43,085 bases of DNA from a virus: IMG/VR virus record IMGVR_UViG_3300006201_000477. One strand, 5' to 3'. Position 1 is the first letter of the stretch. Each line of letters begins with the position of its first letter. Of this stretch, positions 14,942-25,363 are shown piece by piece. Under the pieces are notes generated by a model. The model saw only the letters and a program-made list of their open reading frames with translations, was not told where the DNA came from and did not search any database. A program made the position numbers and the translations under genes.

Positions 14942-15862
14942 TTACAAAACTTCATGGATTATTTTACTATCATATTTCCTTGTCCCATTGTATTGGTATT
15001 TGCCATTATACTGTGTTAGGTGTTTCCCAACGGTTAAAGAAACTTGATAAGTTGGAACACTCCCTTTATGAGTCGTTTTTATTTTTAACCGATTTCCTAT
15101 TCCAACTTTAGGATTTGTTTCTGATAGATAAAATATCTTTGTTTCTTTATTTTTAATTTGTTGCTTTGCTTTATCATGTAACCCTATTTTAGGAATGTGA
15201 TCATATACAAACAAACGTGGGATAGAATAAGAAAGCTTCGTAGGATATAAGTCCACAAAGGAATCTGTTTTATAGCCATTATACTTATATTTATTATAGG
15301 GTGCTGTCCCATCATACATAAGATAGGGTAAATTATAACGGGGATAGAAATCATGGATAAAATTTAGTTTACTTTCTGATTTGATTTCTTCACTGACTTT
15401 TATTACCTCTCTCCTAGCATAAATAAATACTAAATTTAATGGGATCATCTCTTCTAACATGGTACGGATAACCTGTGCTTCTTTCAAGGTCCTCCCACTA
15501 ATAGCGACCTTTAACCAGTATATATCTGGATTACATATAACTTGATATTCTTCGCCTTCCAGCATAGATTGAATCCGTTCATGCAACATACGCATTGTGA
15601 AAGGCAAACGCTCATTTAGCTTTTCCTTAATACGGCAATTCCTGATTTCTAAGGAATCTGTCCTTTTAGGTTGCAATTCTAAAATTTTTTCCCACCTAGA
15701 AGCACCATACCCACTATGTAACTCTAAAAAACCTTCTTTTATGGTATTCTGGGTATCCTTCCAAAGTTGTTCTACCACATCTTGCTCTGCATCCATCAAA
15801 TGTTTTATTTCTTTTAGGTCCCCTATTACAGGAGGCAAATAATTAAGTAATTTCCTGTCCAA
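14942..15862 (-). CDS. XkdU/DUF2313-like baseplate-associated tail protein
   Basis: N-terminus LLNYLPPVIGDLKEIKHLMDAEQ. It lies directly downstream of baseplate J. Confidence 0.6.
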   Translation of the reverse strand: MDRKLLNYLPPVIGDLKEIKHLMDAEQDVVEQLWKDTQNTIKEGFLELHSGYGASRWEKILELQPKRTDSLEIRNCRIKEKLNERLPFTMRMLHERIQSMLEGEEYQVICNPDIYWLKVAISGRTLKEAQVIRTMLEEMIPLNLVFIYARREVIKVSEEIKSESKLNFIHDFYPRYNLPYLMYDGTAPYNKYKYNGYKTDSFVDLYPTKLSYSIPRLFVYDHIPKIGLHDKAKQQIKNKETKIFYLSETNPKVGIGNRLKIKTTHKGSVPTYQVSLTVGKHLTQYNGKYQYNGTRKYDSKIIHEVL

Positions 15863-16931
15863 TTATCTGCCCCCTTTCTACAATACAGTCAGTATCTAAA
15901 AATAGATTCTCTTCTGCCCCATTTATTCTGGTATCCCTAATATCTACAACTCCTTTTACGGTTAGAAAATCAGATTCAATCCTAGAAATCCTTACGACTA
16001 AATTACTTTTACTTGCCCAAGTTTGATTTAATTCTTTTACATAATTATTTAATACCTCTTCTAGGTATGGCTCTACATCTTCAAATACATACCCTTGTTC
16101 AAAAAGTAAGTTTGTATGAATATGAATCGTCACTGGAATCGCAGAACAAACATGTGCCTGATGCCCAATCGGTGCCAAACCATACCCTTCTCCAGCACAT
16201 TCCTCTGGGTCTATTTTTTCCTGTACCTGAAATACTAACTCTTCACTAGCTGCTGTATATTCTGAAGAAATAATTACACATTTTACATGCCCGCCTACCC
16301 GTTCATCTGCTTTATTTGTGGTACGGTAAACTTTACAGCCTCCAACTCCCTGTATCGCAGTAATCTTTTCTATATAATCTGCCCTGTTTCCTCCAAATGC
16401 TTTTGGAGAAAACGATTGTATATAACGTTCCCGAAATGCTTCTGTTTCTTCCTCATCTTCCCCAGGAATTAAAAGTTCTGTCAATTCTGCATAAGAAAGC
16501 CCCTGAATATAGCCAATTGGAATTAATGTTCCAAACTTCCGATTCCCTATACTTCCAGCTGCTTCACATTGTAACTGGTAGGTATGGTCCATATGATCTA
16601 ATTCTTCTAGTACTACATAATTCCATTCCTCTAAGCTAAACCGTGCACCAATAGGCACTTCTTTGTTAAATTTCCCTTTTAAAATAGCATGGCTTGCTTT
16701 TTTAGGGGAAAGCCCCCTTTCTGCCGCCCGCCGGATTAAATATTCTCTATTTGCCGTATCTGCAAAATATTGATCCAACATCCAGTCCAGTTCAATATAA
16801 AGCTGTGCCATCTCTGCAGCAGCAGGGGCTAGTGCATCCCATATAACAGAACCTTCTCGTTTATCTATGTTCATGGGTACCCTTTTCAGCAAATCCGCCA
16901 TAATGGTTTCATATGTTTTCTTTTCATACAT
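15843..16931 (-). CDS. Baseplate J-like protein (XkdT-like)
   Basis: The ATG at 16931 overlaps the upstream stop (TAATG). The region YETIMADLLKRVPMNIDKREGSVIWDALAPAAAEMAQLY is typical of baseplate J. Confidence 0.85.
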   Translation of the reverse strand: MYEKKTYETIMADLLKRVPMNIDKREGSVIWDALAPAAAEMAQLYIELDWMLDQYFADTANREYLIRRAAERGLSPKKASHAILKGKFNKEVPIGARFSLEEWNYVVLEELDHMDHTYQLQCEAAGSIGNRKFGTLIPIGYIQGLSYAELTELLIPGEDEEETEAFRERYIQSFSPKAFGGNRADYIEKITAIQGVGGCKVYRTTNKADERVGGHVKCVIISSEYTAASEELVFQVQEKIDPEECAGEGYGLAPIGHQAHVCSAIPVTIHIHTNLLFEQGYVFEDVEPYLEEVLNNYVKELNQTWASKSNLVVRISRIESDFLTVKGVVDIRDTRINGAEENLFLDTDCIVERGQIIGQEIT

Positions 16932-17335
16932 TAAAAATTCACCACCTTTTCTAATTCTATTGCCCCAAAGATAGTATGTACCATAAAAGAAACACAAACT
17001 TCGCCTTTGTTAGGGGAATCAAATTTAAAATTATCGACATGTTTAATACGATGATCCCATGTTAATGCTTCTGTAATCCTCCGTTCTAATTCAGGATATA
17101 CATAAGAAACGGCTTCCCCATACAAATCTGCTAATTCAATCCCATAGTTCCAGGAATATATTACATATTGATAGCGTTCAGTAGAAAGAATTTTATAAAT
17201 CGCTTGGATCATGGCTTCCTTTCCATCTATACCACCATCAACCTGATTACTTTGTAAATTTATTTTATAAGTATTGGTTGGTTGATTTACAATTTTTAAA
17301 TTTTGCTTTGGAAAAGCACTAATCGAGGGAATCAT
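16931..17335 (-). CDS. XkdS/DUF2634-like baseplate wedge protein
   Basis: Size, synteny and the motif GKEAMIQAIYKILSTERYQYVIYSWNYG. Confidence 0.6.
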   Translation of the reverse strand: MIPSISAFPKQNLKIVNQPTNTYKINLQSNQVDGGIDGKEAMIQAIYKILSTERYQYVIYSWNYGIELADLYGEAVSYVYPELERRITEALTWDHRIKHVDNFKFDSPNKGEVCVSFMVHTIFGAIELEKVVNF

Positions 17336-17727
17336 TTCCCTACCCTATCTATTACGATATATTTTTGTCCCTCTTGCTGCCTTAAAAGAAGCACTTCATC
17401 CCCAACAACCAACCCATTATGAACTATCAGCTTCTTTCTCCCGGCAACCTTATGGTTGTGAGAAGAAAAGGCAGCTTCCCCGCTGCCTCCACCCCTTTCT
17501 TCTGTTATCCAATCTATGCTTACTTCTGTGGTAAAGTCTGTTACGTTCCTTGTAAAGATAAGCTGTGCTTCCCCCAGCGTTATTTTCTGCTCTACCAGTA
17601 TTTTAACAGGAAAAGAACTTGTTACCTTCCCAAAACAAACCTGTACAGGCTTTGTTGCTTCTGTTGCTTCCACAGATGCTTTTTTAATTAACTTTACTAA
17701 TTCTGCCACATCAGCCAAGAAATTCAC
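17332..17727 (-). CDS. XkdR/DUF2577-like baseplate protein
   Basis: Assigned from synteny with the PBSX xkdP-xkdU block. 131 aa. Confidence 0.55.
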   Translation of the reverse strand: MNFLADVAELVKLIKKASVEATEATKPVQVCFGKVTSSFPVKILVEQKITLGEAQLIFTRNVTDFTTEVSIDWITEERGGGSGEAAFSSHNHKVAGRKKLIVHNGLVVGDEVLLLRQQEGQKYIVIDRVGK

Positions 17728-18691
17728 CCCCTCTAAGCGTTACATCCATAAAATGAGAGTCTAGCTGAAAAACATGTTTACACTTTTCCACCATCATAAA
17801 GTGGCTTATTTCCATATCCCCTAAATGTAAAATCACTAATACCATGCTGCCAGCCCTTACCCTTATATCCCCAAACACATTCGTTATTCTCAGGTTCCTT
17901 GTTTTTTTATTATAAAGGTCCAAGAGGGCATCTGCTTTTTCCTTCCCATTTTCCTCCTTGGAAAGTGTATCATAATACTGAAGGATACCCCATTCCTGAA
18001 TATGTTCGGAATCTTTTGCCATATAGATTTCCCTAGTTCCTGTCTGCTCGTTGTCATAGGTCAATTTAATTTGGTTATAGGTATTGGTATCAATACTGGA
18101 AGTGTATTCAAAATTTTCCCCAGATTCTTCATCAATCGTAAAATAAGCACCTGGTTCCCCCACATACATAGAAGATATATTTTTTAATGTCAGCTTTCCA
18201 AAGTCATCATATAATACAAACATCTCTTTTGTATTCATTAGTGTTATATCTAAGGCACTCTCTATCATATCAAACAGGGACGTATTCTCTTCTACACGGG
18301 ATGCTATTACAAAATGAGTATCTTCTAACTCCCCTGTATGTAGAGAAAAATCATCTGCCAACATTTGAATAAATTCCGATGCCGTCTTATTTTCATACAC
18401 ATAGGTATCTTTATTTTTCAAGTACCTCATTTGATCGTAAGCAGTCACAGTAATCATCTGGTCTTTATTTCTCTTTTTACTAAACACATATCCCAAAAAT
18501 ACTGGGGTTTGATTCACTTCTAAATGTACCTCTGCCCCTTCTGAAAACTGGATTATACTATCTTTCACCACTTGAAATACTAACTTTCCAGGAGTACTTC
18601 TCCTTTCCGTGGTCCATTCAATCCCTTCTTCTACAATGGGCTGATATAACTTTTCCCCTGCTGCATCAGAAATAAACAGTGCAATTTCCAT
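17711..18691 (-). CDS. XkdQ-like baseplate hub protein
   Basis: ATG at 18691 follows AAGGGGGA. The track start at 18712 is TTG. Assigned from synteny after the LysM protein. Confidence 0.6.
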   Translation of the reverse strand: MEIALFISDAAGEKLYQPIVEEGIEWTTERRSTPGKLVFQVVKDSIIQFSEGAEVHLEVNQTPVFLGYVFSKKRNKDQMITVTAYDQMRYLKNKDTYVYENKTASEFIQMLADDFSLHTGELEDTHFVIASRVEENTSLFDMIESALDITLMNTKEMFVLYDDFGKLTLKNISSMYVGEPGAYFTIDEESGENFEYTSSIDTNTYNQIKLTYDNEQTGTREIYMAKDSEHIQEWGILQYYDTLSKEENGKEKADALLDLYNKKTRNLRITNVFGDIRVRAGSMVLVILHLGDMEISHFMMVEKCKHVFQLDSHFMDVTLRGGEFLG

Positions 18692-18704
18692 TATATCCCC
18701 CTTT

Positions 18705-19388
18705 CTAAACAACTGGTATTACAAGAACTTGTCCTGGATATATGACATTAGGGCTTCCCTTTATTACCTCTTGGTTCGCATGATAAATCTCTGTATACTT
18801 GGAGCCATCACCGTAAAACTTTTTTGCAATATTCCAAAGACAATCGCCTTCTACCACTGTATATTGTTGTTGTTCTGTTGGTTCAGGGCTTGTTTCTGCT
18901 GAACGGGTTTCTTGTATAACTGCTTCCAATCCAGAATCCTGTATATCCACTATTTTTGTCTGGTATGCTTGGTATTGCTTTAATTTTATTTTTATGGTTA
19001 AATCAAACCCATTGTTGGCATCTTCTGTAATTCCATAGTCCTCCATGGAAACTTTTATATTGGTGTTAAACAGAAGTTTACCACTTGGCAAAACCCTTGA
19101 AACAATAAATTGAAAAGGAGCTTGATCCGTTTTTAATTTTTTAAAATAATCTAAAAAATATGCTGCCTCTTGGAATCCCGAACGATAAACCGCATATGGA
19201 TACCTCACTTGTGGTATCTCACATTCAAATTCAATCTCTGTCAGCCCTGCTTTTTTTAATAAATTTACTTCTCCCTCATTAATTAAAGTAATTGTTTTAT
19301 TTGCATTTTTTATCTTCATCTGCAATTTCTTTGGGGCAACTGGCAATAAACATTTTTTTAAATAAAAATCATACCCACTCCTTGCCAT
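18705..19388 (-). CDS. XkdP-like LysM-domain tail protein
   Basis: C-terminal LysM domain: YTVVEGDCLWNIAKKFYGDGSKYTEIYHANQ...PGQVLVIP. Confidence 0.75.
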   Translation of the reverse strand: MARSGYDFYLKKCLLPVAPKKLQMKIKNANKTITLINEGEVNLLKKAGLTEIEFECEIPQVRYPYAVYRSGFQEAAYFLDYFKKLKTDQAPFQFIVSRVLPSGKLLFNTNIKVSMEDYGITEDANNGFDLTIKIKLKQYQAYQTKIVDIQDSGLEAVIQETRSAETSPEPTEQQQYTVVEGDCLWNIAKKFYGDGSKYTEIYHANQEVIKGSPNVIYPGQVLVIPVV

Positions 19389-22093
19389 TACTCATGTACT
19401 CCTTCTGCTACCATGTCAACTGCTTCTATCATCGCATCTGTCAATCCTGAAACTACGCCATCTAAATCCGTGCCATTCTTAATATTATTCCGCATCCCAG
19501 ACTGATCAATATGGATTTCAGCAGTTGTAAAACGGTTGATTGTCTCCTGTTCTGCAATATCCCGTAAATATTTTAGTTCCTCGCTGGTTATGTCCATGGA
19601 ATTTGCCATTTTTCCTGTATTCGTTGCAATACTATTAATCCCTTCCCCTAAAGGACCATTGATATAATCCTCTTCAGAAGGAATATTCGATGGACCAAAA
19701 AGAGAGGTTAGATCAAAATTAGCAATTTTCTCATCAATTCCTTCCCCGAAAGAATTCCCAGCATCCCAGACATCTTTATAATCCATTCTATAGTTTATTG
19801 TTGGTGCAGAGCGATTTAGTGTAATAGCATCTTCATTTTTCCCCCAGCCTAAAACAGAACTTTGAAGCTCACTTAAACCAGATGTCCAGTCAGTCCCAAA
19901 TATAGCATCAATAATCTTAGTCACTACCATCCCAAGTGATAAAAACCATGAAATAATTTGCCCTATTAGATTTGCAACTGCTCCTCCAAAGCTGTCAAAA
20001 CCTCCATTCGCTACGTTTAATATCCATTCTACAATACCTATAAAGGGGCTTGCAAAAGACCAAACACCTTGAAGAATCGCATTAATTAACCCTATCGCCG
20101 TATTGAGTATAAACGCTCCTGCAACTGCTATTACCCCACATATGATTCCTGTTGCAGATACAGAAGCCCCAGCAAGCTTATTAAATGCTGCTACCACAGC
20201 ATAAATAATAGCAATTAATGCAATAATCAAAATAATAATCCATGTAATAGGGCAGGCAAGCAAAGCAGCATTAAAACCATACTGTGCCGCCGTTGCTGTG
20301 AAAGTTGCTCCTGCTCCCATAGCAAGAGAAGCAGCATGAATTTTTTCCGCAACTGTTTTTGCTGCTGTGACTGCTGCTGAAATTCCGGTAACTGTATTAT
20401 ACAAAAGCATTGCCCCATAATATACCATCAATGCCCCTGCCACTCCATAAATAATAGGCGATAACCACGACCAATTGTTAATCAAAATATCTGCACCAGC
20501 CCCAAGCAAATCAAAAAGCTGCATGGTTATACCAGCAGCTGCTGACAACGCCCCTATCATACCATTCACAAACTCCTGAAACCTTTCACTATTGGCAATA
20601 TCATTGCATCGTTGTAAGACAGGCTGAAATGCCATAAGGGCATGATTTTCAAAAGAGGTCCAAATCTGTTCAAAAGTTTTTGGCATATTTTCAAATTTTT
20701 CATTCGTTTCATCAGCCGCCGCAAACATAGCTGCCTTGACAATATCAGCAGTAATTTCCCCTTCCCCTGCCATTTCCCTTAATTTTCCTTTTGAAACACC
20801 TAAATAATCTGCAATTGTCTGAATGATGTTTGGGGCTTGTTCTAAAATACTATTATATTCCTCACCACGAAGAACCCCAGACCCCATGGCCTGCGTCAGT
20901 TGCAACATAGCAGCATCTATCCCTGATGCCTCTGTCCCAGCAATAATAAACTGTTTATTGACCTGTTCCATAAAGCCAATAATTTCTTCTGAACTGCCAA
21001 ACGCATCTCCTGCCATAAGCCCAAGCTTCGAAACAGCATTTGCTGTTGCTTGATAACTCCCCCTTGATCTTTCTGCTGAAAGAAAAATCATATCCTGTAA
21101 CTCTTTTGTTGACTGCAACCCATCATTCATCATATCTAGGCGGGCCGTTGTCGATGTCATTTGATCAGATATGTTTAACACATTTTTTACAGTCTGCAAG
21201 GAACCATATGTTACAGCTACCCCTTTCAACATTTGCATTAGTTTATTGGATTCCTCTTTTCCTTGCTGAATCTCCTGGTTAAACTGTCCCTGTGCATCCA
21301 CATTATCCCGGATATAACGTTCTGTACCACCAATCACCTGCTGTAAACGTAAATATGCCTCATTTGCAGACTGGACATCTAAGTTTTCTACAGCCCGGTT
21401 TAATTCCCTTTGTGTTTGGATCGCCTGGCTTAACTGTCCACGTAGTTGTTCCAATCCTACATTAGCAGTATCCGTTCCCATATTTAATGGATTACTTTCT
21501 ATTTGTTGGATACGATTCCTAATCATGTCGATCCGTACAGCCATATTGTTTAAATCCTGAAATGCCCCTGGTGGAAAAATAGTAGTATTATATGCTTGCC
21601 TTGCAATTACATCTTGTGTATTGCTCAATTGCTCCAACATGGTATTAGCACTCTGGACTTCTTGTTGAAACCGTTCTACACCAGAATTTGTAAATACTTC
21701 CAGTCTATCAGATTGCCAATGCACTAGAATTTCCACAGGTTCTGGTTGTTCTGGTTGAATAGGTACATCAACAGGCGGAGGCTGCTCTACAAAAGGCTCT
21801 GGCACATCTGTCTGTACTGGAAGCACCACTGGGGCCGAACTTTGTGGAATGGTAGGTATTTGTACTTCAGGCGCTTCCATCTCCTGTATAGCTGCATCTA
21901 ACTGTTGCACTGCAATAGTAGCCTGATTAACAGAATCCCTTGCCGCTTCCATAGAAGCTGTGTCAACAGAAGCGTTCATACCCTGACGCAAATCTTCCAT
22001 AGCAGAAAGCCCCAAATTTACGGAACTGATAACCTGATATAAAATACTTGTAAAGTTATCTTGCAATTCAATTGCTGTTCTAACGCTGGCCAT
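19388..22093 (-). CDS. Tail tape measure protein
   Basis: 901 aa with a coiled-coil N-terminus and a Gly/Ala-rich hydrophobic central region. It lies after the chaperone genes. Confidence 0.9.
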   Translation of the reverse strand: MASVRTAIELQDNFTSILYQVISSVNLGLSAMEDLRQGMNASVDTASMEAARDSVNQATIAVQQLDAAIQEMEAPEVQIPTIPQSSAPVVLPVQTDVPEPFVEQPPPVDVPIQPEQPEPVEILVHWQSDRLEVFTNSGVERFQQEVQSANTMLEQLSNTQDVIARQAYNTTIFPPGAFQDLNNMAVRIDMIRNRIQQIESNPLNMGTDTANVGLEQLRGQLSQAIQTQRELNRAVENLDVQSANEAYLRLQQVIGGTERYIRDNVDAQGQFNQEIQQGKEESNKLMQMLKGVAVTYGSLQTVKNVLNISDQMTSTTARLDMMNDGLQSTKELQDMIFLSAERSRGSYQATANAVSKLGLMAGDAFGSSEEIIGFMEQVNKQFIIAGTEASGIDAAMLQLTQAMGSGVLRGEEYNSILEQAPNIIQTIADYLGVSKGKLREMAGEGEITADIVKAAMFAAADETNEKFENMPKTFEQIWTSFENHALMAFQPVLQRCNDIANSERFQEFVNGMIGALSAAAGITMQLFDLLGAGADILINNWSWLSPIIYGVAGALMVYYGAMLLYNTVTGISAAVTAAKTVAEKIHAASLAMGAGATFTATAAQYGFNAALLACPITWIIILIIALIAIIYAVVAAFNKLAGASVSATGIICGVIAVAGAFILNTAIGLINAILQGVWSFASPFIGIVEWILNVANGGFDSFGGAVANLIGQIISWFLSLGMVVTKIIDAIFGTDWTSGLSELQSSVLGWGKNEDAITLNRSAPTINYRMDYKDVWDAGNSFGEGIDEKIANFDLTSLFGPSNIPSEEDYINGPLGEGINSIATNTGKMANSMDITSEELKYLRDIAEQETINRFTTAEIHIDQSGMRNNIKNGTDLDGVVSGLTDAMIEAVDMVAEGVHE

Positions 22094-22099
22094 TTCCTA

Positions 22100-22306
22100 T
22101 CACCTTCTTTTCTTCCCCTTGTTCGACTTCCTCTTTATTTCTTTCTCTCTTTCCTTGTCACTTTTTAGTTTCTCCTGAATGGCAGCCACAACAAATGCTT
22201 TTTCTTTCTCTTCCATTTCCAAAAAAACAGAAGGTAAAATATGTAATTTCAGAAGGGCATAATACGCAAAATTTGCTTCCCAATCCCCTTCTTCAATTAG
22301 TTTTTT
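22100..22306 (-). other. -1 programmed frameshift extension of the tail assembly chaperone
   Basis: Slippery A_AAA_AAC (complement of 22300..22306) sits immediately before the TAA stop. The -1 frame stays open for 66 codons and ends at TGA (22100..22102), just before the tape measure ATG. Confidence 0.7.
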
Positions 22307-22728
22307 GCTTCTTCTACCTTATCATGGAAAGATACGTCAAACCCTTGGAACTTTTGTACAAAAGCTGCCAGTTCATTATATTCCCCTGGCTCGTCTACCA
22401 TAGCAAGCAGTAATTCTTCTGGCGTTGCCACTCCATAAGAATCCTGCAATTCTTTATCATATAGATCTGGTACCACCACAGAAGCCGCTATCATTTTTTG
22501 GATATATTTGCTTGATTGTACCCTTGGCCGAAACATATTCGGCTTTCCAGTAATTGGAACTTCAATGGTGCACTCATCTCGGAAATTTTCATTTTCCTTT
22601 GAGGTAATATGGCGGAACTCCCATTCCAGAGGCTTCCCATTTTCATCACAAAGGGATTTTGTTGGCGCATATTTTCCATTTTTCTTTTCTTTTTTATTAG
22701 CTCTCATAAATCGACTGAATTTTGACAT
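22297..22728 (-). CDS. Tail assembly chaperone (XkdN-like)
   Basis: 143 aa, located between the tube and tape measure genes. Confidence 0.75.
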   Translation of the reverse strand: MSKFSRFMRANKKEKKNGKYAPTKSLCDENGKPLEWEFRHITSKENENFRDECTIEVPITGKPNMFRPRVQSSKYIQKMIAASVVVPDLYDKELQDSYGVATPEELLLAMVDEPGEYNELAAFVQKFQGFDVSFHDKVEEAKN

Positions 22729-22749
22729 CTTTTATTCTCCTTTTCCATA

Positions 22750-22786
22750 TCAAAAAAACACCTTCTATTTCAAAAAGGTGTTTTCA
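22750..22786 (-). terminator. Rho-independent terminator after the membrane-protein moron
   Basis: On the minus strand, AAAACACCTT / AAGGTGTTTT form the stem (22755..22764 / 22775..22784). A U-run follows. Confidence 0.65.
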
Positions 22787-22792
22787 TCATTT

Positions 22793-23482
22793 TTATAATT
22801 CCACTCTATTTACTTGTTTTACCTGCTCGACAACCTTAGGCCGTAATTTTTGAACCAATTGATAACATACCAGTGTATTAACCTGTTGATCTTTCAACAA
22901 AACTATTTTTCTTTCCCCTTGTGCATTTTCATAAATAATACTTACATAACATCTCCTATTCTTCTTCTTTTTTACCTTTGGAATAGAACCAAGGATCGCC
23001 CCTGTCATACCCATTACTGCTGCCCCTGCCATGCCTTTTATGAAACTGCTTTTTAAATATTCTGTTTCATTTATATCAAACTGGCTATTCACATCTTTTA
23101 TTTGATCAATACTTAATACATATTCACTCATGCCATATGTAATAGTAAGAGCTGTTGGCGACAATATAACCGATACATTACAATTTTCAGGAATTGGCAG
23201 CCCTCCTACATGAACAATCATACTATATCTGGAAATTCCTTCTTGTTTGTCTTTTTTTCTTTGATCTTTGTTCATTTTTGACATCTTACTAGTAATACTT
23301 ATCATCTGCAATACAAATGCAATAAATGCAGCCAATCCCCCTATACAAGTTGATGCAAATATAATAGTTCCTATACTTTGCCCTGTTTTATTAACCTGCA
23401 TAAAAAATATAGCAAGCCCAACTGTTACAATAATCCATACCAAAATAACCGTTACACAACCAATATTCTTTTTCTGATCCAT
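22793..23482 (-). CDS. Membrane protein moron (two N-terminal TM segments plus a soluble domain)
   Basis: 229 aa, inserted between the tube and chaperone genes with its own promoter and terminator. Confidence 0.7.
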   Translation of the reverse strand: MDQKKNIGCVTVILVWIIVTVGLAIFFMQVNKTGQSIGTIIFASTCIGGLAAFIAFVLQMISITSKMSKMNKDQRKKDKQEGISRYSMIVHVGGLPIPENCNVSVILSPTALTITYGMSEYVLSIDQIKDVNSQFDINETEYLKSSFIKGMAGAAVMGMTGAILGSIPKVKKKKNRRCYVSIIYENAQGERKIVLLKDQQVNTLVCYQLVQKLRPKVVEQVKQVNRVEL

Positions 23483-23511
23483 TCCATAGCCTCCGTATAA
23501 TTTATATTTTC

Positions 23512-23540
23512 ATTATACATGTAGCTATAAAGCTTTTCAA
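23512..23540 (-). promoter_or_regulatory. Near-consensus sigma-A promoter for the moron
   Basis: On the minus strand: TTGAAA (23535..23540), a 17-nt spacer, TATAAT (23512..23517). Confidence 0.55.
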
Positions 23541-23552
23541 CTTATTCCCGTT

Positions 23553-24035
23553 CTAATTAGTAAGAAATCCTTCTAAGTCCTTAAATACTTCTGGCATTTT
23601 AAAATCTTCAAAGGTAAAATCCATTTCTTCATCTAGGTATTCCCCATCTGCATCAAATTTTGCTAATATCCCACCATCTATATTACAATCCATTAAGATC
23701 ATAGTCTGGCGCCCCACTGCTGCCGTTTTATCTTCATTCGAAATCTGGATTTCAAAATAAATATCTTCCCCAGTTTCCTTATACTGCATCATCATCTGCC
23801 GGAAAATAGATGTGTTATAGTGGAAGGTTGCACTTCCTGTCCCCTTCCAGCCACATGCCTTATTCCCCTTCCCTGTTTTCCCTAAAATAGGAACCTCTGT
23901 TTTATTTTTTTCAAACTTTGCTTCCAAGTTAATGGCCTGCATAAAATTATATCTGCGTGTCCCTATGGTAATAAAACATTCCGCTAACGATGCAAATACC
24001 GTATCTTTTGCTTTCATTACTACATTCCCATTCAT
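23553..24035 (-). CDS. Tail tube protein (XkdM-like)
   Basis: ATG at 24035 has an upstream GGTGAAGGA. It lies directly after the sheath gene. Confidence 0.8.
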   Translation of the reverse strand: MNGNVVMKAKDTVFASLAECFITIGTRRYNFMQAINLEAKFEKNKTEVPILGKTGKGNKACGWKGTGSATFHYNTSIFRQMMMQYKETGEDIYFEIQISNEDKTAAVGRQTMILMDCNIDGGILAKFDADGEYLDEEMDFTFEDFKMPEVFKDLEGFLTN

Positions 24036-24051
24036 TTCCTTCACCCTTTCC

Positions 24052-25362
24052 TTATGCGATAGTACAAACCATATATAATTTAGACATAGCATTTACCACT
24101 GTTATAAAATCAGTTACTAATACTGACTTTTTTGTATTTCCTTGTTCCACCTTTACATCAGTATCTACGAAATTTTCAATAGCCCGTATCTCTTGAAGCT
24201 GTTCATGGTGCTTTACAATATCAGACCAAAGAGAAACCCTGCCAGCGGCATCATTAGGGACTACTCCTAAATACTTTGTATTAAATAATACTGCAATATC
24301 ATTTCCAATCTGGTCTATTACCCGAATGGTCTGGTTATCCTTAAAAATTTCCCCTTGTGTATCAGAAGTTGTCACCATCGTATTTATATCTTCTAATACC
24401 CGTATATCAGACCCCACCATATGGAAGGTAAATTGCCCAGATTTAATAGCAGCTTTTAACTGGTTTTGTGTATATGGCGTATCAACCATAAAATCACCAT
24501 TATATTTTTTATTCTGGTTACTTTTATTTACCGCACAACCAGCCGAAATACCTGTTACCCAATATACAAGGCTTGCCTCACTCCATTCCTTATCCAACAC
24601 TTTATTATTTACGCTAATCACGCCTAAATAATCTGCCTTAGCATAGTCATAAAGGACAAGTTGGAATTTAACCCCCATCTCATCACGCAGCCGTTTTACA
24701 AAAGAAGCAAACAATGATTTTGTTGTATTATCTGTCACTACCACTCCCATAGTATTAAAGCTATAAGATTCAATTTTATCCAGATATTCTTGATAAGCGG
24801 CACCATCTACTTCCCCATTCTCACCACCAGTGAATGGCATACCTACGGTTGCTTCCAAGGTAATTCCAGACTTCCATTTAATATATTTATTCTCTACTAA
24901 TCCTTCTGCACTAGAAACCGTTTGCTCATCTACTATGTTTGTCCCCAACAACGTTTTTACATCAAACATTGTTTCATTATCTGTATTTACTTGAATAATA
25001 ATCTTTAAGTCATTCCCGCGGATACCCGGATACTTTGCTTCTGCCAGGCTATTGCTTGCTTTTGCCCCCTTGCCATTTAAACGGTATCCATAGAATTTCT
25101 GTGTATGTAAAAATAAGTCTCGAAGCCCTTTCATCTTATCACTTGTATAGTCATACCCAAAAATTTCCATGCTGTTTTTCTGGAAATCACTATTTGTTAC
25201 TTCAAAGACCTCACCTATAACACCCCAATCTAATTCTAGGGGCATAGTTGCAATTCCCCTTTCAGAAAGTGTTGCATTTGCCGATGCCGCCGAAACAAAG
25301 TTAATATATGCCCCTGGCAACTCTTTGTTTTGAACTAAATATGTGCCACCACCTAATGCCAT
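24052..25362 (-). CDS. Contractile tail sheath protein (XkdK-like)
   Basis: 436 aa. The N-terminus GGGTYLVQNKELPGAYINFVS is typical of phage sheath proteins. Confidence 0.9.
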   Translation of the reverse strand: MALGGGTYLVQNKELPGAYINFVSAASANATLSERGIATMPLELDWGVIGEVFEVTNSDFQKNSMEIFGYDYTSDKMKGLRDLFLHTQKFYGYRLNGKGAKASNSLAEAKYPGIRGNDLKIIIQVNTDNETMFDVKTLLGTNIVDEQTVSSAEGLVENKYIKWKSGITLEATVGMPFTGGENGEVDGAAYQEYLDKIESYSFNTMGVVVTDNTTKSLFASFVKRLRDEMGVKFQLVLYDYAKADYLGVISVNNKVLDKEWSEASLVYWVTGISAGCAVNKSNQNKKYNGDFMVDTPYTQNQLKAAIKSGQFTFHMVGSDIRVLEDINTMVTTSDTQGEIFKDNQTIRVIDQIGNDIAVLFNTKYLGVVPNDAAGRVSLWSDIVKHHEQLQEIRAIENFVDTDVKVEQGNTKKSVLVTDFITVVNAMSKLYMVCTIA

Positions 25363-25363
25363 T

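Noticed and set aside
19388-22093. Plus-strand and nested ORFs inside the tape measure gene (20227..20418, 20823..21053, 21040..21282). Similar antisense ORFs occur inside most large minus-strand genes.
   Set aside because: These are shadow ORFs within strongly supported long CDSs, with no RBS and implausible composition.
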